Position numbers and translations under genes: made by a program. From positions 832,001 through 896,000 of the forward strand of contig OY969807.1 in assembly GCA_963703285.1 (NCBI GenBank): a stretch of 64,000 bases of DNA, written 5' to 3'. Source of the DNA: an uncultured Nitrososphaerota archaeon (GTDB taxonomy: Archaea; Thermoproteota; Nitrososphaeria; Nitrososphaerales; Gagatemarchaeaceae). Shown here piece after piece: positions 61,922-64,000 of the stretch. Positions within the stretch are counted from its first letter, which is position 1; every line of letters starts with the position of its first letter. The notes beneath the pieces were generated by a model. It was not told the origin of the DNA, searched no databases, and saw nothing but the letters and a program-made list of their open reading frames with translations.

Positions 61922-62488
61922 ATGGCAAAGGAATCGGTCGCTCGAACGGTCGTCGTCTTCGGAGTCGTGATTCTGATAGCAGCGAGCTTGGGCGTCTACG
62001 GGATGGACATGAGAATCAGCGCTGCGACGTCGGCACCACCCACCACTTCCAGCATTCTCACCAGCTCCGCGACCGAGTCCACGACAACGACCAGCACAAG
62101 CGAGCCTAGCTCAACGTCGAGCACGACAGAGACTACGACAACGTCGAGCACTGCGGCGTCCAGCACAACGTCCACGGCGACGGGCGCGATAACGTTCTCG
62201 AGCCCCGCGTCGGGCGCATACATCATGCAGGGCCAGAGCCTCAACATCTCAGGAACCATCAACCCAACACCGACGTTACCTGATAGCGTCCTCATCCAGG
62301 TGCAGGAACAGAGCACCGTGGGCGACATCGACTCGGGGACGGCGGCCGTCCAAACTGGCGGTATGTTCTCCTACTCGATAGTGATAGGCTCCACCTGGGA
62401 CAACGCGATTTACATCATAACGGTCACCGACTCTTACGGCGCTTCCGGGAGCGAGAACATCGTGGTAAACTCGATGCCGTTTCCATGA
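61922..62488 (+). CDS. secreted Ser/Thr-rich protein with Ig-like C-terminal domain
   Basis: N-terminal TM, S/T linker, beta domain ending YIITVTDSYGASG. Confidence 0.7.
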   Translation: MAKESVARTVVVFGVVILIAASLGVYGMDMRISAATSAPPTTSSILTSSATESTTTTSTSEPSSTSSTTETTTTSSTAASSTTSTATGAITFSSPASGAYIMQGQSLNISGTINPTPTLPDSVLIQVQEQSTVGDIDSGTAAVQTGGMFSYSIVIGSTWDNAIYIITVTDSYGASGSENIVVNSMPFP

Positions 62489-63268
62489 GTTGAAAGAACG
62501 ACTGGACGATTTCGCTGCGGGACCAGCTCCCCTAACTCTTCAATGGCGCCGGTACACCCAACATGACCTTGGTAAACTCCTCGACCAAGTCCTCCGACCT
62601 GTCGGCGTCCCTGGTGAAAGGGCATTTGTTCCTGGTGAGGCCAACTCCCTTCGGAGTCCACCCCCTTCTCGTGAATCTCGATGCGGTCTGACCGCTTCTT
62701 TGGCTCTCTCTCGAGCTGATCTTTCTAATGCCGCACAACCTTGTTATCCTGTCTCCTCACAGAACGTTCTCGATTGCTTACGTGGTTCGTCCCCACGGTC
62801 TACAGGCCAGGAGCAAGACCCTAACTATCTTGCGCCAGAACGGGAGAGATTCCTCATGACTAGCGGGCTGCCGCTCGAATAGTCCTCGCCTGCCCCACTG
62901 GCACGGGACAATGCGATTCTTCAGCAACGTGAGGCAACTCAGCCGAGGTCGACGCGAGCCAGCGGCACATCGTCCACTGCCACAGGCGCGATAACGTTCT
63001 CGAGCCCAGGGGCGGGCACGACGTTCGTCGCGGTCAGACTTTGACCGTCTCGGGAGCCACAAACCCGTCTGAAAGACCGCGAGGCAGCAGACCGGCGAAA
63101 CTATGAGCTAGCGGTGCTCAAATCCCCAGTAGAACACCCGAACTCGGGCAATCGGGCGTGAAAGACGGTGCAGATCGACCGGATGCTCTGAAACAAGTTC
63201 GTTCAATGCAGATTCGACAGTGTTGACCGGGGCAATCAACTCTCGGCCCAGCAATTCTGGCTGAAGGG

Positions 63269-64000
63269 CTATAGGGGTATCAGCTTCAAGATCAACTGGA
63301 GCGCGAAGGCCCACATTACGAGTCCGAATCCCACTTTGACCCAGTTTGCGCGCGTCCGCACCATGAGTCTGGCGCCCAGAGTTCCGCCGACGGCTACGGC
63401 TAGGAGGGTTGGAAGGATTAGGGAGTAGTCTAGGTGCCCGAAAGCAGAATGGCCCAAGACGCCGAACAGGGATGAAAAGATCACGACAAACCCCGCAGTT
63501 CCTGCCGACAACTTCGTTGGAACCTTGTATGCGAATATCAGGAAGGGAACGATAAGGATTCCGCCGCCTACGCCCAAGAGTCCTGAGATAACTCCGACCC
63601 CAAGACTGAAGAGTACTATGATTGCGTAGGTCAGTCGCGATGGCCGCTTCTGACCAACTTCGGCCACTTGCGTCTTCTCCCAGTGCGTGTACACCATCCT
63701 GCTCCCTGCTCCTCCGAGGAAGACGACGAAAATCCACAATAGCAAGGTAGTACTGACGAAGTTTCCGGCCGCACCGCCGAGGAACGACCCCACTACAATT
63801 CCTGGAATGAAACGCGAGAGCAAGACGGAGGTCGACAAGCCTAGAGCGATAGTACACGATGGTAGCGAACAACGCCGTAATCAGGTTGAGGACGAGTGAC
63901 GCGGAGACGGATACGAGGGTCGCATAGCCCAGGATGAAGAGGATAGGAGTGTAGAGCGACCCTCCACCCTGACCGAACATGGAGAAGACAAACGAAACGA
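63269..64000 (-). CDS. TauE/SafE (TSUP) sulfite exporter family; frameshift near 63810; 5' end off window
   Basis: MFGQGGGSLYTP and SGLLGVGGGILIVP in different frames joined at gcgtttcattcc. Confidence 0.85.

Noticed and set aside
60700-64000. Provirus or integrative element at tRNA-Asn
   Set aside because: No integrase, structural genes or duplicated tRNA end (att site) are visible in the window; anything beyond 64000 cannot be assessed.

Overview
GC-rich archaeal chromosome segment. Gene content (trp operon, crenarchaeal-type SSB, divergent FtsZ, aIF2-beta, Rio1/Dim2, topoisomerase VI, DnaK/DnaJ/GrpE, BHB-intron tRNAs) suggests Nitrososphaerota/Thaumarchaeota; this is inference. Most of the window is housekeeping, interrupted by decayed accessory patches at about 5.9-9.3 kb, 11-14 kb and 60.7-64 kb. 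The main signal is that both tRNA genes carry bulge-helix-bulge (BHB) introns at non-canonical positions and each sits next to a free-standing endonuclease gene. tRNA-Gln(UUG) has a 19-nt intron at position 10/11 and a two-motif LAGLIDADG ORF enclosed between two copies of the tRNA's own 5' exon. This could be an endonuclease-encoding ~800-nt tRNA intron or an endonuclease+intron homing cassette. tRNA-Asn(GUU) has three introns and a divergent HNH gene. A LAGLIDADG intein interrupts Top6B. Other leads: a small secreted-type peptide paired with a large Lrp/AsnC-like regulator, a wHTH-adenylate cyclase fusion, a rhomboid-SprT-like fusion, apparent CUG start codons, and several single-base frameshifts that are probably sequencing errors. 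All calls come from motif recognition by eye; no searches were run.
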